A DNA stretch of 60,190 nt, taken from contig DATIPT010000025.1 of NCBI GenBank assembly GCA_035471625.1, positions 1-60,190 on the forward strand. Reading direction: 5' to 3'. Of this stretch, positions 35,380 to 44,572 are shown one piece after another; the stretch's first letter is position 1; every line of letters begins with the position of its first letter. The notes below the pieces were generated by a model. That model was given only the letters and a program-made list of their open reading frames with translations, searched no databases and had not been told where the DNA came from. Both the position numbers and the translations under genes were made by a program. This DNA is from Anaerolineales bacterium. Its GTDB lineage: Bacteria; Chloroflexota; Anaerolineae; Anaerolineales; E44-bin32.

Positions 35380-36856
35380 ACAGCGCGGCTACGGCCTGGC
35401 CGGCCGGCACCGTCAGCCAATCCATCATCGCTGGCCACACCCCGACGGCCAGGATGGCGATCCCCAGGACGATCAGCGGTACGCTCATCGCCTTCGGCAT
35501 CGGTGCGCCCTCGATGACGGCCTCGGACGGCTGGCGGCGGTAGACCGCGTTGACCAGAGGCGCATAGTAGGCGAGGGACAGGACACTGTTGAGCGCGGCG
35601 AAGACGACCAGCGCCGCCACGATAACGGTTCCGACTCCGGCACCGGCGACGAAGATCTGCCACTTCGACATGAACCCCGCCAGCGGGGGGATCCCGCCCA
35701 GACCGAGGACACCCAGGCTGAGCGCGAGCGCCGCCAGCGGGTAGCGGCGGGCCGCCCCTCCAAGGTCAGCGATGACCAGAGGCGCATGATCGCCGCGCGC
35801 AAGATTCAACGTGAAGAGGAGCGTTCCGGCCGCCAGGAACGCCAGGCCCTTCATCATCCCGTGCGTCACCAGGTGGAACAGGCCGCCTTGCGCGCCGAGG
35901 GCACTCCCTGCCAGGGCCGCTACGCCGATCCCGAGCAACATGTAGCCGACGTGCGCCAGACTTGAAAACGCCAGCAACCGCTTGACCTGGGTCTGGCGCA
36001 ACGCCATCAGGTTGCCGACGAGCATGTTGACTGCGCCCAAGGCGAGCAAGACGGCCCCCCACACCGGCGTGGCACCCGAGAGTGCGCCGACCGAGCGAAC
36101 CATCGCCACCAAACCGGCCTCGATCACCACGCCCGACAACATGGCGCTGATCCCGCTGGGCGCCATAGAGTGCGCGTCCGGCAGCCAGGTGTGCATGGGG
36201 ACGAGCGCCGTCTTGACCCCGAAACCGATCACGAACAGCGCACCGGCGGCCAGCAACGTCGGGGAGGCGGTCGCCACTGCCTGGATCTCGGCCAGATCCA
36301 GCGTCGCGGTTTCGGCGAAGACCAGCGCGACGCCGATCAACACCAGGATCGATCCGGTCGCGCTCTGGAAGAGGTACTTCACTCCGGCCTCGAGAGCCGC
36401 CGGTTGTTCCCGATGGAAGGCCACCAGCAGGTAGGAACACACCGCCATCGCCTCAAACCACATCCACAAATTGAACAGGTCGCCGGCAACCCCCAGACCG
36501 ATCATCACTCCGACCATCGCCGTCAGCATGGCGAAGAACTTCTCCTGGCCGATGTCGCGGGCGAGGTAGCTTCCGGAGAACAAAGCCACCAGCAATCCGA
36601 GACCGAGGGCGACCGCAGCCAGCAGCAGGCCCAGCCCATCGAGCCTCAGCGACACCGTTCCGAAGGTCCACGGAGTCGGCATCGGACCTTGCGCGGAGAC
36701 CACAAACGGGATCCACGCCGCCGCCAAGACCGTCACGGCCAGGATCTGAGCCACGACCGTCGCCCGCCGCGGGCCGGAGAGGCGACCGGCCAGGTAGATC
36801 AGCGGGGAACCCCCCAGCGGGAGGACGATCATTCCAAGGAAGGCAGGTGCGTTCAT
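35369..36856 (-). CDS. Antiporter-like proton-conducting subunit (NuoN/NuoM/MrpD-like)
   Basis: 495-aa polytopic protein with the Proton_antipo_M-type core (WLPDAH...). Confidence 0.8.
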   Translation of the reverse strand: MNAPAFLGMIVLPLGGSPLIYLAGRLSGPRRATVVAQILAVTVLAAAWIPFVVSAQGPMPTPWTFGTVSLRLDGLGLLLAAVALGLGLLVALFSGSYLARDIGQEKFFAMLTAMVGVMIGLGVAGDLFNLWMWFEAMAVCSYLLVAFHREQPAALEAGVKYLFQSATGSILVLIGVALVFAETATLDLAEIQAVATASPTLLAAGALFVIGFGVKTALVPMHTWLPDAHSMAPSGISAMLSGVVIEAGLVAMVRSVGALSGATPVWGAVLLALGAVNMLVGNLMALRQTQVKRLLAFSSLAHVGYMLLGIGVAALAGSALGAQGGLFHLVTHGMMKGLAFLAAGTLLFTLNLARGDHAPLVIADLGGAARRYPLAALALSLGVLGLGGIPPLAGFMSKWQIFVAGAGVGTVIVAALVVFAALNSVLSLAYYAPLVNAVYRRQPSEAVIEGAPMPKAMSVPLIVLGIAILAVGVWPAMMDWLTVPAGQAVAALFGG

Positions 36857-36857
36857 G

Positions 36858-38603
36858 TCAGCCCCACAAGGTCATCGCCACAGCCATGGCCAGCAGACCG
36901 ACCAGGAGGCCGGCGACGTTCCAGGCAAGCTGCCCGGTCTGCGTCCGCCGCAATCCACCGGCCGCGCCGACGGTCGCCCGGACGATCTGGGCGTTGATCC
37001 AATCGAAGCCAAGACCCTTTCTTCCCCAAACGGCCAGGGGCTCCAGCGCGGTCGACAGGCCCGTGAGAGTCCCTCGCCAACGCCACACCGCCAGGCCGAG
37101 CGCGGTCACCGCGAGCGCCAGCCAGGTCGGCGGCGCGGTGAAGATCTCCTCCACGACTTCAAGTGTCGTGGCGGCTTCGATGTGATGCGACGACATCGTC
37201 GCAGCCAGGATCTGGGTCATAGGTCCTGCCAGGATCCAGGAGGTCAGCGTGCCGAAAGACAACAACCCCAAGGAGAACCGCATCGCTCGACCGGCATCAT
37301 GACCGCCGGCGCCCCGCCGCTCGCCGCCGAACGTCAGATCCACCAAGCGCAGCCCGTACAACGCCGTCAGCCCACCGCCGAACACCATGCCGAGATAGGC
37401 CCACGACGGCCCGTCGGTCAGGCCGCTCTCCAGGACAAGCTCTTTGCTGAAGAAGCCGTTGGCGATCGGGATAGCCGCAAGTCCAAGGAAGCCGATGACG
37501 AACGCCGTTCGCACGAAGGGCATCGTCCGGGCCAGGCCTCCCATGCGGGCGAGCTCACGCGTCGAGACGGCGTGGATCACCGCCCCGGCCGCCAGGAACA
37601 AGAGTGCCTTGAACAGCGCGTGGCTTAGCAGGTGGAACTGCGAGGCGAAGACCGCCCCAACGCCAACGGCGTACACCATCACGCCCAGTTGACTGATCGT
37701 CGAGTACGCCAGGGCGCGCTTCAGGTCCGGGCACACCAGGGCCATCCACCCGGCCAGCAACGCCGACAGCACGCCCACAATGACAACCGCGGTGCGCCAG
37801 CCGGGCACGAGGGCGAACGCCGGGTAGAACCGCGCCAGCAGATAGACCCCGGCGTTGACCATCGTGGCGGCGTGGATCAATGCGGTGACCGGCGAAGGCG
37901 CTTCCATCGCATCGGGTAGCCAGGTATGGAAGGGCACCTGCGCCGACTTGGCGGCTGCGGCGATCAGGAAGCCGAAGGCGACGACGGCGAGAATGGTCGG
38001 CCCCAGTTCGCCGGCGCGCGCCAGGAAGATATCGATCTCGTACGTTCCGAAGGCGTTGTAGGCGAACAGCGCTCCGGCCAGCAGTCCGATGCCGCCGAGC
38101 TGAGTCATCACCAGCGCCTTGATGCCGCCGGCGACGGCAGCCGGGTTGTCGTTGTGAAAGGAGATCAGTGCGTAGGAGCAGAAGGCGGTGATCTCCCAGA
38201 AGAGGAACATGAACAGCAGGCTCCCCGAGAGGACCAGCCCTACCATGGCTCCGATGAACAGGAGCACCAGGGCGTAGTAGCGCCCAAGTTGCCCCTCATC
38301 GCGCATGTAGTCGACGGAGAAGATCACCGCCAGGCAGCCGACGACGCATGCCACTGCCGCCAGGAACACGCCCAGGCCGTTGGGGATGAAGGTCAGGTCG
38401 CCGAAGCTTCCGCCCATCGGAAAGCGTACGACGGGGATCGCCCCGGCCTGAAAGACCAGCGCCACCGAGGCCAACCCTGCCCCGGCGGCAAAGGCGCAAG
38501 CCAAAACATGCTGCGCTCGCGGCCGGCGGTCCCCGATGATCCAGACGGCCAAGCCGCCCAGCCACGGGAGTCCGATCGCAAGGAGAACCAGCCAAGTCAC
38601 CAT
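36858..38603 (-). CDS. Antiporter-like subunit, NuoL/MrpA-like, with a C-terminal lateral-helix-like segment
   Basis: 581-aa polytopic protein with HTWLPDAMEAPSPVTALIHAATMVNAGVYLL. The C-terminus GLGFDWINAQIVRA... plus a final TM resembles the NuoL GFDxxY lateral helix. Confidence 0.8.
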   Translation of the reverse strand: MVTWLVLLAIGLPWLGGLAVWIIGDRRPRAQHVLACAFAAGAGLASVALVFQAGAIPVVRFPMGGSFGDLTFIPNGLGVFLAAVACVVGCLAVIFSVDYMRDEGQLGRYYALVLLFIGAMVGLVLSGSLLFMFLFWEITAFCSYALISFHNDNPAAVAGGIKALVMTQLGGIGLLAGALFAYNAFGTYEIDIFLARAGELGPTILAVVAFGFLIAAAAKSAQVPFHTWLPDAMEAPSPVTALIHAATMVNAGVYLLARFYPAFALVPGWRTAVVIVGVLSALLAGWMALVCPDLKRALAYSTISQLGVMVYAVGVGAVFASQFHLLSHALFKALLFLAAGAVIHAVSTRELARMGGLARTMPFVRTAFVIGFLGLAAIPIANGFFSKELVLESGLTDGPSWAYLGMVFGGGLTALYGLRLVDLTFGGERRGAGGHDAGRAMRFSLGLLSFGTLTSWILAGPMTQILAATMSSHHIEAATTLEVVEEIFTAPPTWLALAVTALGLAVWRWRGTLTGLSTALEPLAVWGRKGLGFDWINAQIVRATVGAAGGLRRTQTGQLAWNVAGLLVGLLAMAVAMTLWG

Positions 38604-38605
38604 CG

Positions 38606-38917
38606 TCAGCCTCGCAGGATCGAAAGCCGCCGCACGTCCATCGTGCCCGTCCGCCGCCGAATCTGGACCGCCAAGGCCATGCCGATGACGGCCACCACCG
38701 TGTCGGCGACGATCACCGTCACGGCCAGGCTCTGGGCCACCTGGATCTGGCCGTTCGCCGAGCCGGCCAGCATCAGGGCCAGGACAGCCCCCTTCACGAG
38801 GATCTGAAGGCCGATCACGACCTTGATCAGGTTGCGGCTGGCCAGGAGCGCGTAGAACCCGACGGCCAACAGGCCCAAGACGAGCACCACTCCGACCGTC
38901 AGTACCGAGATGGTCAT
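38606..38917 (-). CDS. NuoK/MrpC-like small membrane subunit
   Basis: 103 aa, three TM segments, with ...SRNLIKVVIGLQILVKGAVLAL.... Confidence 0.7.
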   Translation of the reverse strand: MTISVLTVGVVLVLGLLAVGFYALLASRNLIKVVIGLQILVKGAVLALMLAGSANGQIQVAQSLAVTVIVADTVVAVIGMALAVQIRRRTGTMDVRRLSILRG

Positions 38918-39471
38918 AGCTGCACCTCCTCGTGTCGGGCGGCAGTCTCCATCGTCAGCAACGCTTGTTCACGCTTCTCCGCCACTTCGCGGGCGACCGG
39001 CTGCCGAAGCGGAGCCTCCTTCTCGGCCAGCAAGCCGAGCAGTCCCAGCACGCCGGCATAGATCAGGACGACCTGGACGATCACATCCAGCGCCCGGTCC
39101 TGCCACAACACGTTGACGAACCCGGCGACGGCCGGCGGCGCAACGGTCGTGAGCTGCGGCAGAATCAGCGCTCCGATTACAGCCAGCGGGGCAAGGCAAA
39201 GCAGCCAGGCCAATCCGCGCGGCACGACGGAAGGCAGCCCGACCTTCTCCTCCCCGGCAATGTTGATGGCGAAGACTAGCAGGACCGTCACCAACCCGGC
39301 GCCGACGCTCAGCTCGATGACCGCCACTTCGTACGCACCAAGGAGGTAGAGGAAGATCGCCGCGAGCGCGCTCGTCCCGGCCAGCCAGAGGGCTGAGGCG
39401 AGCAAGCGCCGGGCACGCGCGGCCAAGAAGCCGGAGGCCAGGATCACGATCGCAAGCCCGATCAGCGACAT
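38914..39471 (-). CDS. NuoJ/MbhD-E-like membrane subunit (first gene of the group 4 module)
   Basis: 185 aa, five TM segments, with ...YEVAVIELSVGAGLVTVLLVFAI.... The assignment is by pattern and position only. Confidence 0.6.
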   Translation of the reverse strand: MSLIGLAIVILASGFLAARARRLLASALWLAGTSALAAIFLYLLGAYEVAVIELSVGAGLVTVLLVFAINIAGEEKVGLPSVVPRGLAWLLCLAPLAVIGALILPQLTTVAPPAVAGFVNVLWQDRALDVIVQVVLIYAGVLGLLGLLAEKEAPLRQPVAREVAEKREQALLTMETAARHEEVQL

Positions 39472-39539
39472 CGGTTCCTCTCCTTGCCCGCCGCGCCGGC
39501 CGGGCGCTTGCGGGCCTGGCGAGATCGCAAGCGGCAGAC

Positions 39540-40103
39540 CTACGCCGGAATCTCAGGCGCCAATTCGGTCTTTCCTTGACCTCGCAGATAGGTCTCGAGG
39601 GAAACCCCCAGGAAGTACGCCATCGCCGCAGGATCGTCGGGGTCCACCTTTCCCCAGCGCGCCAGGTCGATGTCGCCGGCTAGATTGAACCGGCCGTCAT
39701 AGGGGGTTCCGTCGGGGAGCGTCGCAAAGCACAACCGCTTGGCGCTGGCGAGCTGGTCGTCGGTCAGATTCCGAGCGTCGGTCAGGTCGGCCTTGAACAG
39801 GTCGGCACCGGCTAGATTGGCCTGGCTCAAGTTGGTGCCGCGCAGAGTCGCCCGCGTCAGCTTTGCCCCCGCCAGATCGGCCAGACTCAGATCGGCGCCA
39901 TCCAAATGGGCCTGATGCAGGTCGACCTCGTGCAGATTGGCCTTGTACAAGTCGGCGCCATCGAGATGGGTATGACACAACAGCACCCCTCGCAGCGATC
40001 CATCCTCAAGCCAACCGCGCGCCCGCATCTCGGCCACCGCCTCGAGGACCAACTTCGTCTCCGGACTGCGCATCTTTCGAATGAGCACCATGACCCCGGA
40101 CAT
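39540..40103 (-). CDS. Pentapeptide-repeat protein
   Basis: A run of A(D/N)LxX pentapeptides: GADLYKANLHEVDLHQAHLDGADLSLADLAGAKLTRATLRGTNLSQANLAGADLFKADL. I chose the ATG at 40103, which has GGAGGAGGG upstream. Confidence 0.8.
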   Translation of the reverse strand: MSGVMVLIRKMRSPETKLVLEAVAEMRARGWLEDGSLRGVLLCHTHLDGADLYKANLHEVDLHQAHLDGADLSLADLAGAKLTRATLRGTNLSQANLAGADLFKADLTDARNLTDDQLASAKRLCFATLPDGTPYDGRFNLAGDIDLARWGKVDPDDPAAMAYFLGVSLETYLRGQGKTELAPEIPA

Positions 40104-40194
40104 TTCGCCCTCCTCCGCTGCGATCGTCGCCCCAGCCGGCGAGCTTCGGGCCCTCGATCGCGCCGTCCTGTCTGTCCCCACTCTAAGGAAGGCA

Positions 40195-40224
40195 GGTCAC
40201 ACCAAAGGTCAAAGGGCGGTCACA
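40195..40224 (-). promoter_or_regulatory. Three direct heptamer repeats with helical-turn spacing, upstream of the pentapeptide/group 4 hydrogenase unit
   Basis: The plus strand has GGTCACA (40195), GGTCAAA (40207) and GGTCACA (40218), spaced 12 and 11 bp apart. The coding strand reads TGTGACC-N5-TTTGACC-N4-TGTGACC. They lie in the 163-nt gap directly downstream of the OmpR-family regulator gene. Confidence 0.45.
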
Positions 40225-40266
40225 GACCGGTAACAACCGCAGGGATCCGGCTGGGGGAAGCGTGGG

Positions 40267-40938
40267 TCAGGCTTCGAAGAGGTACCCGGCGCCGGGAACG
40301 TGCCGGATGTGGGTTGGGTCCGAGGGGTCCGGTTCGACCTTCTGACGCAAGCGATAGACGAGTTGCTTCAGCATTGACCGATCCCCCCCCGACGGGCCCC
40401 AGATGGCATCGATCAACGAGTCGGATGAGACGACCTGGGGGGTGTTCAGCATCAAGGCTTCCAGCAGCCGGCCCTCCAGGCGCGTCAGCGGCACCTCGGT
40501 CTCTCCGTTGCGGCGCAGCCGCACCCGCCCCGGCTCGAGGGTCACCTCTCCCACCGCAAGAGGACCGCGCGGCAGGGCCGCCCGCGCCCGGCGCAACACC
40601 GCCTCGGCGCGCGCCACGAGCTGCCGCGGGCTGAACGGCTTGACGATGTAGTCATCGGCGCCCTGCTCCAGGCCGCGCACAACGTCATCCTCCTCCGCCC
40701 GGACCGTCAGCATGATGATCGGTGTGTCAGACTCGCTCCGAATCTGTCGGCAGACGTGGTTGCCGTCCAACTTGGGGAGATTGAGATCCAGGACGATCAG
40801 ATCAGGCGAGTCTTCCCGCCAGCGTTCGAGGGCGGCAAGTCCGTCGTGGGCTGTAATGACTTCGAACCCGGCGCGCCGCATGGTGAACGACAATACATCA
40901 GCCAGGGCAAGATCATCATCGACGATGAGCGCCTTCAT
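40267..40938 (-). CDS. OmpR/PhoB-family response regulator (REC plus winged-helix)
   Basis: MKALIVDDD...[13 protein letters not shown]...IIMLT...DDYIVKPF, with C-terminal [12 protein letters not shown]...[12 protein letters not shown] overlap with the kinase stop. Confidence 0.88.
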   Translation of the reverse strand: MKALIVDDDLALADVLSFTMRRAGFEVITAHDGLAALERWREDSPDLIVLDLNLPKLDGNHVCRQIRSESDTPIIMLTVRAEEDDVVRGLEQGADDYIVKPFSPRQLVARAEAVLRRARAALPRGPLAVGEVTLEPGRVRLRRNGETEVPLTRLEGRLLEALMLNTPQVVSSDSLIDAIWGPSGGDRSMLKQLVYRLRQKVEPDPSDPTHIRHVPGAGYLFEA

Positions 40939-43010
40939 GACGGCTCCTCGTGGAACGGCAGCTGGAACCAGAAGATCGAGCCTCCGCCCGGGCGATCGGC
41001 CACTCCGACCTGACCGCCGTGTTCCTCCACGATCGCCTTGACCACCGAAAGCCCCAGGCCGACCCCGTACTGACCGGGATCGGAGGGCTCCAAGCGGACG
41101 AAGCGGCGGAAGAGGTTGTCCCGATCCTGCGGATCGATCCCATCGCCGCGATCGCTGACCCGCACGACCACACGCTCTTCGCCAGCTTCCACCTCCAGAG
41201 AGATGGGGCGGCGGACCGGACTGTACTTGCTGGCGTTCGAGAGCAAGTTCACGACCACCTGCCCGACTCGCATGGGGTCCATCCACACCGGCCGGAGGGA
41301 GGCGGGTAGGACCAATTCGAGTGACTGTTCCCGGCGCTCTAGCAGCGGCCGCATCACCTGGACCGATTGCCCGATGACCCTCGTCAGATCGGATGGAACC
41401 CGCCGGATGGTGAAGCGCCCGGCTTCGATGCTCAGGCTCTCGAGAAGATTGTCGATCAGCGTCTGCAATCCGGTGACGCTCAGATAGACCGAGCGAAGCA
41501 ACTCGGCGATCTCATTCCGGGAAAGGCCGGCCAGGTCCTCGAGCAGGAGGTCGACCGAGGCGCGGATCGCCGAGAGGGGAGTGCGGAACTCATGCGAGAT
41601 GTTCGCCAAGAAGTAGGAGCGCAGCTGTCGGACGGCCTCGTCCTCGCTGACGTCCCGCAGGACCAGCGCCAGGTGCACCTCCGACTCTTCCGGCGGACGC
41701 ATCTTCGCATCGGTGATCGAGAGCGTCAGCGTCTGGCCGCGCCGATCGACGACTTGCACCGGGCGGCGGTCGCCCGGTCGCGGCAGCCGGTCGAGGAAGG
41801 GCGCCCCGTCCGGCGTCCGGAAGATCACATTGGCGGGCCGTCCGACGGCCTCGCTCGCCCGCCATCCGGTCAATCGCTCGGCTCCCGGACTGAACGTCGT
41901 GATCAGACCCTGCCCGTCGAGCGTGACGATCCCTTCCACGATCGACTGCAGCAAGGTCTCGAGCCACGCCTTCTGGCGCGAGAGAGTCTCGAGGGTCTGG
42001 AGGGTGGTGGCGCGGCTTTCTTCGAGGGACGCGGCCAGAAGGGCGATCTCGGGTGGTCCGGCCGGCATCGGTACCGGGGTATCCAGGTCGCCGCCGGAGA
42101 TCCGCCGGGCGGCTTCCGTCAGGCGGTCGAGCGGGCGGGTGATCGCCCGACTGAGGATCAAGCCAAGCAAGGCCGCGGCCGCGGCGACGATCGCCGTGCT
42201 CGTCCCAAGCGCCAGGAGGGCCCGCCGCTCCTCGCGGAGGATCCCCTCCACCGGAAGAGCCACTTCAAGCTCGATGTGCGATTCCGGGCCTCCGACGAGG
42301 ATCAAGGTCGAGTCGTACGGCCTGCCGGCAACCTGGTCGCGCTCGCGAGGTGCTTCGGGCGCGGGCGTGCCGGCAGCTCCGACTATCGTCGTCGCGCGGC
42401 GGATACCGCCCACGACGAGGCTATGATCAAGACCGGTCTGCGCACCCAGGTCGCCGAGCCAGCCATCGTCCAAATCGCGCGCCACCAGGACTGTGGCCAG
42501 TTGGTCTTCCCCGGTGGAGTCGAGGATCGGCGCTGAGGCCGCCAGCATCGCCCAGACGTCCGGATCCTCAGCCGGAACAACCGATGCGCCCTCTGGAAGA
42601 GGGCCGGCTTGAGGCTTTGGGCCGATGTCCCCTGCCAGAACCTCCCCGGTGGGGCTGACAATCGCCAGCGCATCAAGGCCAGCCGAGCCCTCAAAAGCCG
42701 CGAGATACGCCTGGAGGTCGGCATAACGACCGGCTTCGAGGAGGGCTCGCAAGGTCGGGCGCTCGGCGGTCAGGACAGCTAGGTCGCTCAGCCGGTCTAG
42801 CTCGGCTTGTACTAGAGCGCGGGAGGCCGCTTCACCCTGTTCTACCCGGGCCCAAGCCTGGCGCTCCAGTTCCGAGCGGACCAGAGCATAAGCCGGAAGC
42901 CCGGCAGCAACCGCGGTCAGCACGATCACGCCCACCACGCCGGCAACCATTCGGCCTTCCAAGCCTAGTTGCCGGAGGCGCGACGACCCAGGGGAGCCGA
43001 TGCGGGGCAT
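40935..43010 (-). CDS. Membrane sensor histidine kinase (periplasmic sensor, HAMP, PAS, HisKA, HATPase)
   Basis: H-box [12 protein letters not shown]; N/G boxes [21 protein letters not shown]; a PAS-like segment precedes HisKA. I chose the ATG at 43010, which has GGAGG 6 nt upstream. Confidence 0.85.
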   Translation of the reverse strand: MPRIGSPGSSRLRQLGLEGRMVAGVVGVIVLTAVAAGLPAYALVRSELERQAWARVEQGEAASRALVQAELDRLSDLAVLTAERPTLRALLEAGRYADLQAYLAAFEGSAGLDALAIVSPTGEVLAGDIGPKPQAGPLPEGASVVPAEDPDVWAMLAASAPILDSTGEDQLATVLVARDLDDGWLGDLGAQTGLDHSLVVGGIRRATTIVGAAGTPAPEAPRERDQVAGRPYDSTLILVGGPESHIELEVALPVEGILREERRALLALGTSTAIVAAAAALLGLILSRAITRPLDRLTEAARRISGGDLDTPVPMPAGPPEIALLAASLEESRATTLQTLETLSRQKAWLETLLQSIVEGIVTLDGQGLITTFSPGAERLTGWRASEAVGRPANVIFRTPDGAPFLDRLPRPGDRRPVQVVDRRGQTLTLSITDAKMRPPEESEVHLALVLRDVSEDEAVRQLRSYFLANISHEFRTPLSAIRASVDLLLEDLAGLSRNEIAELLRSVYLSVTGLQTLIDNLLESLSIEAGRFTIRRVPSDLTRVIGQSVQVMRPLLERREQSLELVLPASLRPVWMDPMRVGQVVVNLLSNASKYSPVRRPISLEVEAGEERVVVRVSDRGDGIDPQDRDNLFRRFVRLEPSDPGQYGVGLGLSVVKAIVEEHGGQVGVADRPGGGSIFWFQLPFHEEPS

Positions 43011-43388
43011 CTTGTGCCTCCATTCACATTCTATAACCTGGGTGGGCATTTCCCTTCGCGCTTCCGCGCTCCGCCCACAGGAACACTGTCCGCCTCTCCT
43101 CTGCGCAGTGCAGATCGGGAGGCTTCACAGGCCGGCCACCCGCCGGGCAATCAGTGGCGAGCGACGATTGGGTAAACCCCCTCTGGTTTGTCCGATTTAG
43201 TCAATTGCCACTTCGATCGGGCACTCGACACGGTCGGCTTCGGGTCGAAATCCCCACGAACTGTTGGATCTGAACGGAAGCCACCATGGGGAAGTCCGGC
43301 GGTAGGCTCTGTGACATTCCCCACTGGGGTTGTCCGAACCAGATCACCGACGATGGCAAGTGCAACTTGGCAGGTCGATGGGGAGAGA

Positions 43389-44192
43389 ATGAACAGCGGA
43401 ACGCTAACAAGCGATCCTTTTCGCGTCCTTGCTGTGACGCAGGGACTGTGGGGCGAGCGGATTGCCGCCAACGTCGCGCGCCATGCGCCGACCGACTGGA
43501 CGGTCGAGACATGGTCCGCCCCCCTCCGCCTACCGCCGGTCATCGACGACCCGGACGACTTCATCCCTGCGAATCTGCCGCAGGCCGACTTGCTGTTGGC
43601 GCTGGGCGAGGTACCTGGGATGGCGCAGCTCGTCCCCGATCTCGTCCGCCGGAGCGGCGCGCGGGCCGTGATCGCACCGATCGATCACACCTCGGCGCTG
43701 CCGACTGGCCTGCAAACCCAGGTCTCGGGCTGGCTCACGCCGATGAATGTGGCGATCGCCTTTCCCAAGCCCTTTTGCTCCCTGACGGGTTCCTCCACGG
43801 GCGTCCACCGCCTCGAGGCCGGTTACGACGACCCACTGATCCGGCGCTTCGCCGAAACCTTCGGCCGGCCCGAGTTCCGCGTCACGGTCGCCGATGGGCG
43901 CATCGACCGGGTCGAGGTCGTCCGCGATTCGGCCTGCGGCTGCGCCCGGCACGTCGCCGAAGACCTCCCTGGCACGCCCGTCGACGAGGCCTCCGAAAAG
44001 GCCGGGATGCTTCATCACCACTTCCCCTGCCTTGCCAGCATGACCCAGGACCCCGACTACGCCGACACCCTGATGCATGTCTCCGGTCATCTGGTGCGTG
44101 ATGCCGTGCGCCTCGAGATCGTCGACCACCTGGCCCCGGTGCCCTACCTCCGCCCCCATGGATACGCCGAGACTCCCCCGGAGGACCGCTGA
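43389..44192 (+). CDS. DUF166/COG1810-like uncharacterised protein (family sometimes annotated as archaeal thymidylate synthase TysY)
   Basis: 267 aa. The general pattern is an N-terminal Rossmann-like segment followed by RVEVVRDSACGCARHVAEDL...AGMLHHHFPCLASM, which is how I remember DUF166. I chose the ATG at 43389, which has GGGAGAG upstream. Confidence 0.5.
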   Translation: MNSGTLTSDPFRVLAVTQGLWGERIAANVARHAPTDWTVETWSAPLRLPPVIDDPDDFIPANLPQADLLLALGEVPGMAQLVPDLVRRSGARAVIAPIDHTSALPTGLQTQVSGWLTPMNVAIAFPKPFCSLTGSSTGVHRLEAGYDDPLIRRFAETFGRPEFRVTVADGRIDRVEVVRDSACGCARHVAEDLPGTPVDEASEKAGMLHHHFPCLASMTQDPDYADTLMHVSGHLVRDAVRLEIVDHLAPVPYLRPHGYAETPPEDR

Positions 44193-44193
44193 C

Positions 44194-44556
44194 ATGGAGC
44201 GCCTGACCCTCACGCTGCCCGCGCTGTACGCCGACCATCACGTCGCCTCGGTGCGGGCCATCCTCGAGAAGCTCGACGGGGTCGCCGAGATCCGTCTGAG
44301 CCCCGCCGCCCATACTGCGGCGGTCGCCTTCGACCCCGCAAAGCAAGACGCGGCGAAGATTGAGGCGGCCCTGGCGGCCGCCGGCTACACCACCGGCGAC
44401 CCCGAACGCGCCATCCCTGCCGCCGGACCGGCCGCCCCTCGGCACACCGCCGTCGTCGCCGGCACCCTGGCCTTCAGCCACGAAGCCCCGTCCTGGCAGG
44501 GCCGCCCGTTGTGGCCCTGCCCCGGATTTGATGTACCGCCCACACCACAAGACTGA
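44194..44556 (+). CDS. Small HMA-fold (ferredoxin-like beta-alpha-beta-beta-alpha-beta) protein lacking the CxxC motif
   Basis: LTLTLPALYADHHVASVRAILEKLDGVAEIRLSPAAHTAAVAFDPAKQDAAKIEAALAAAGYT follows the heavy-metal-associated domain template, but the GMTCxxC loop reads ALYADHH. The ATG lies 1 nt after the stop of the upstream gene. Confidence 0.45.
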   Translation: MERLTLTLPALYADHHVASVRAILEKLDGVAEIRLSPAAHTAAVAFDPAKQDAAKIEAALAAAGYTTGDPERAIPAAGPAAPRHTAVVAGTLAFSHEAPSWQGRPLWPCPGFDVPPTPQD

Positions 44557-44572
44557 GAGCGAGAGGAGACCC

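Noticed and set aside
43235-43262. The sequence cttcGGGTCGAAATCCCCacg resembles a tRNA T-arm. It could have been a tRNA gene or an integration-site remnant.
   Set aside because: Only 3 bp of T-stem can form. No acceptor, D or anticodon arms can be drawn around it, and no integrase or direct repeat is nearby.
43270-43380. Fragments reminiscent of a cobalamin riboswitch (CCACCATGGGGAAGTCCGG, CCACTGGGG) upstream of the corrinoid-dependent acs cluster.
   Set aside because: There is no B12 box (..AGYCMGGAGACCKGCC) on the plus strand, and the GGGAAxxCGGUGxAAxUCCG core is absent. The resemblance is too patchy to call without a covariance-model search.
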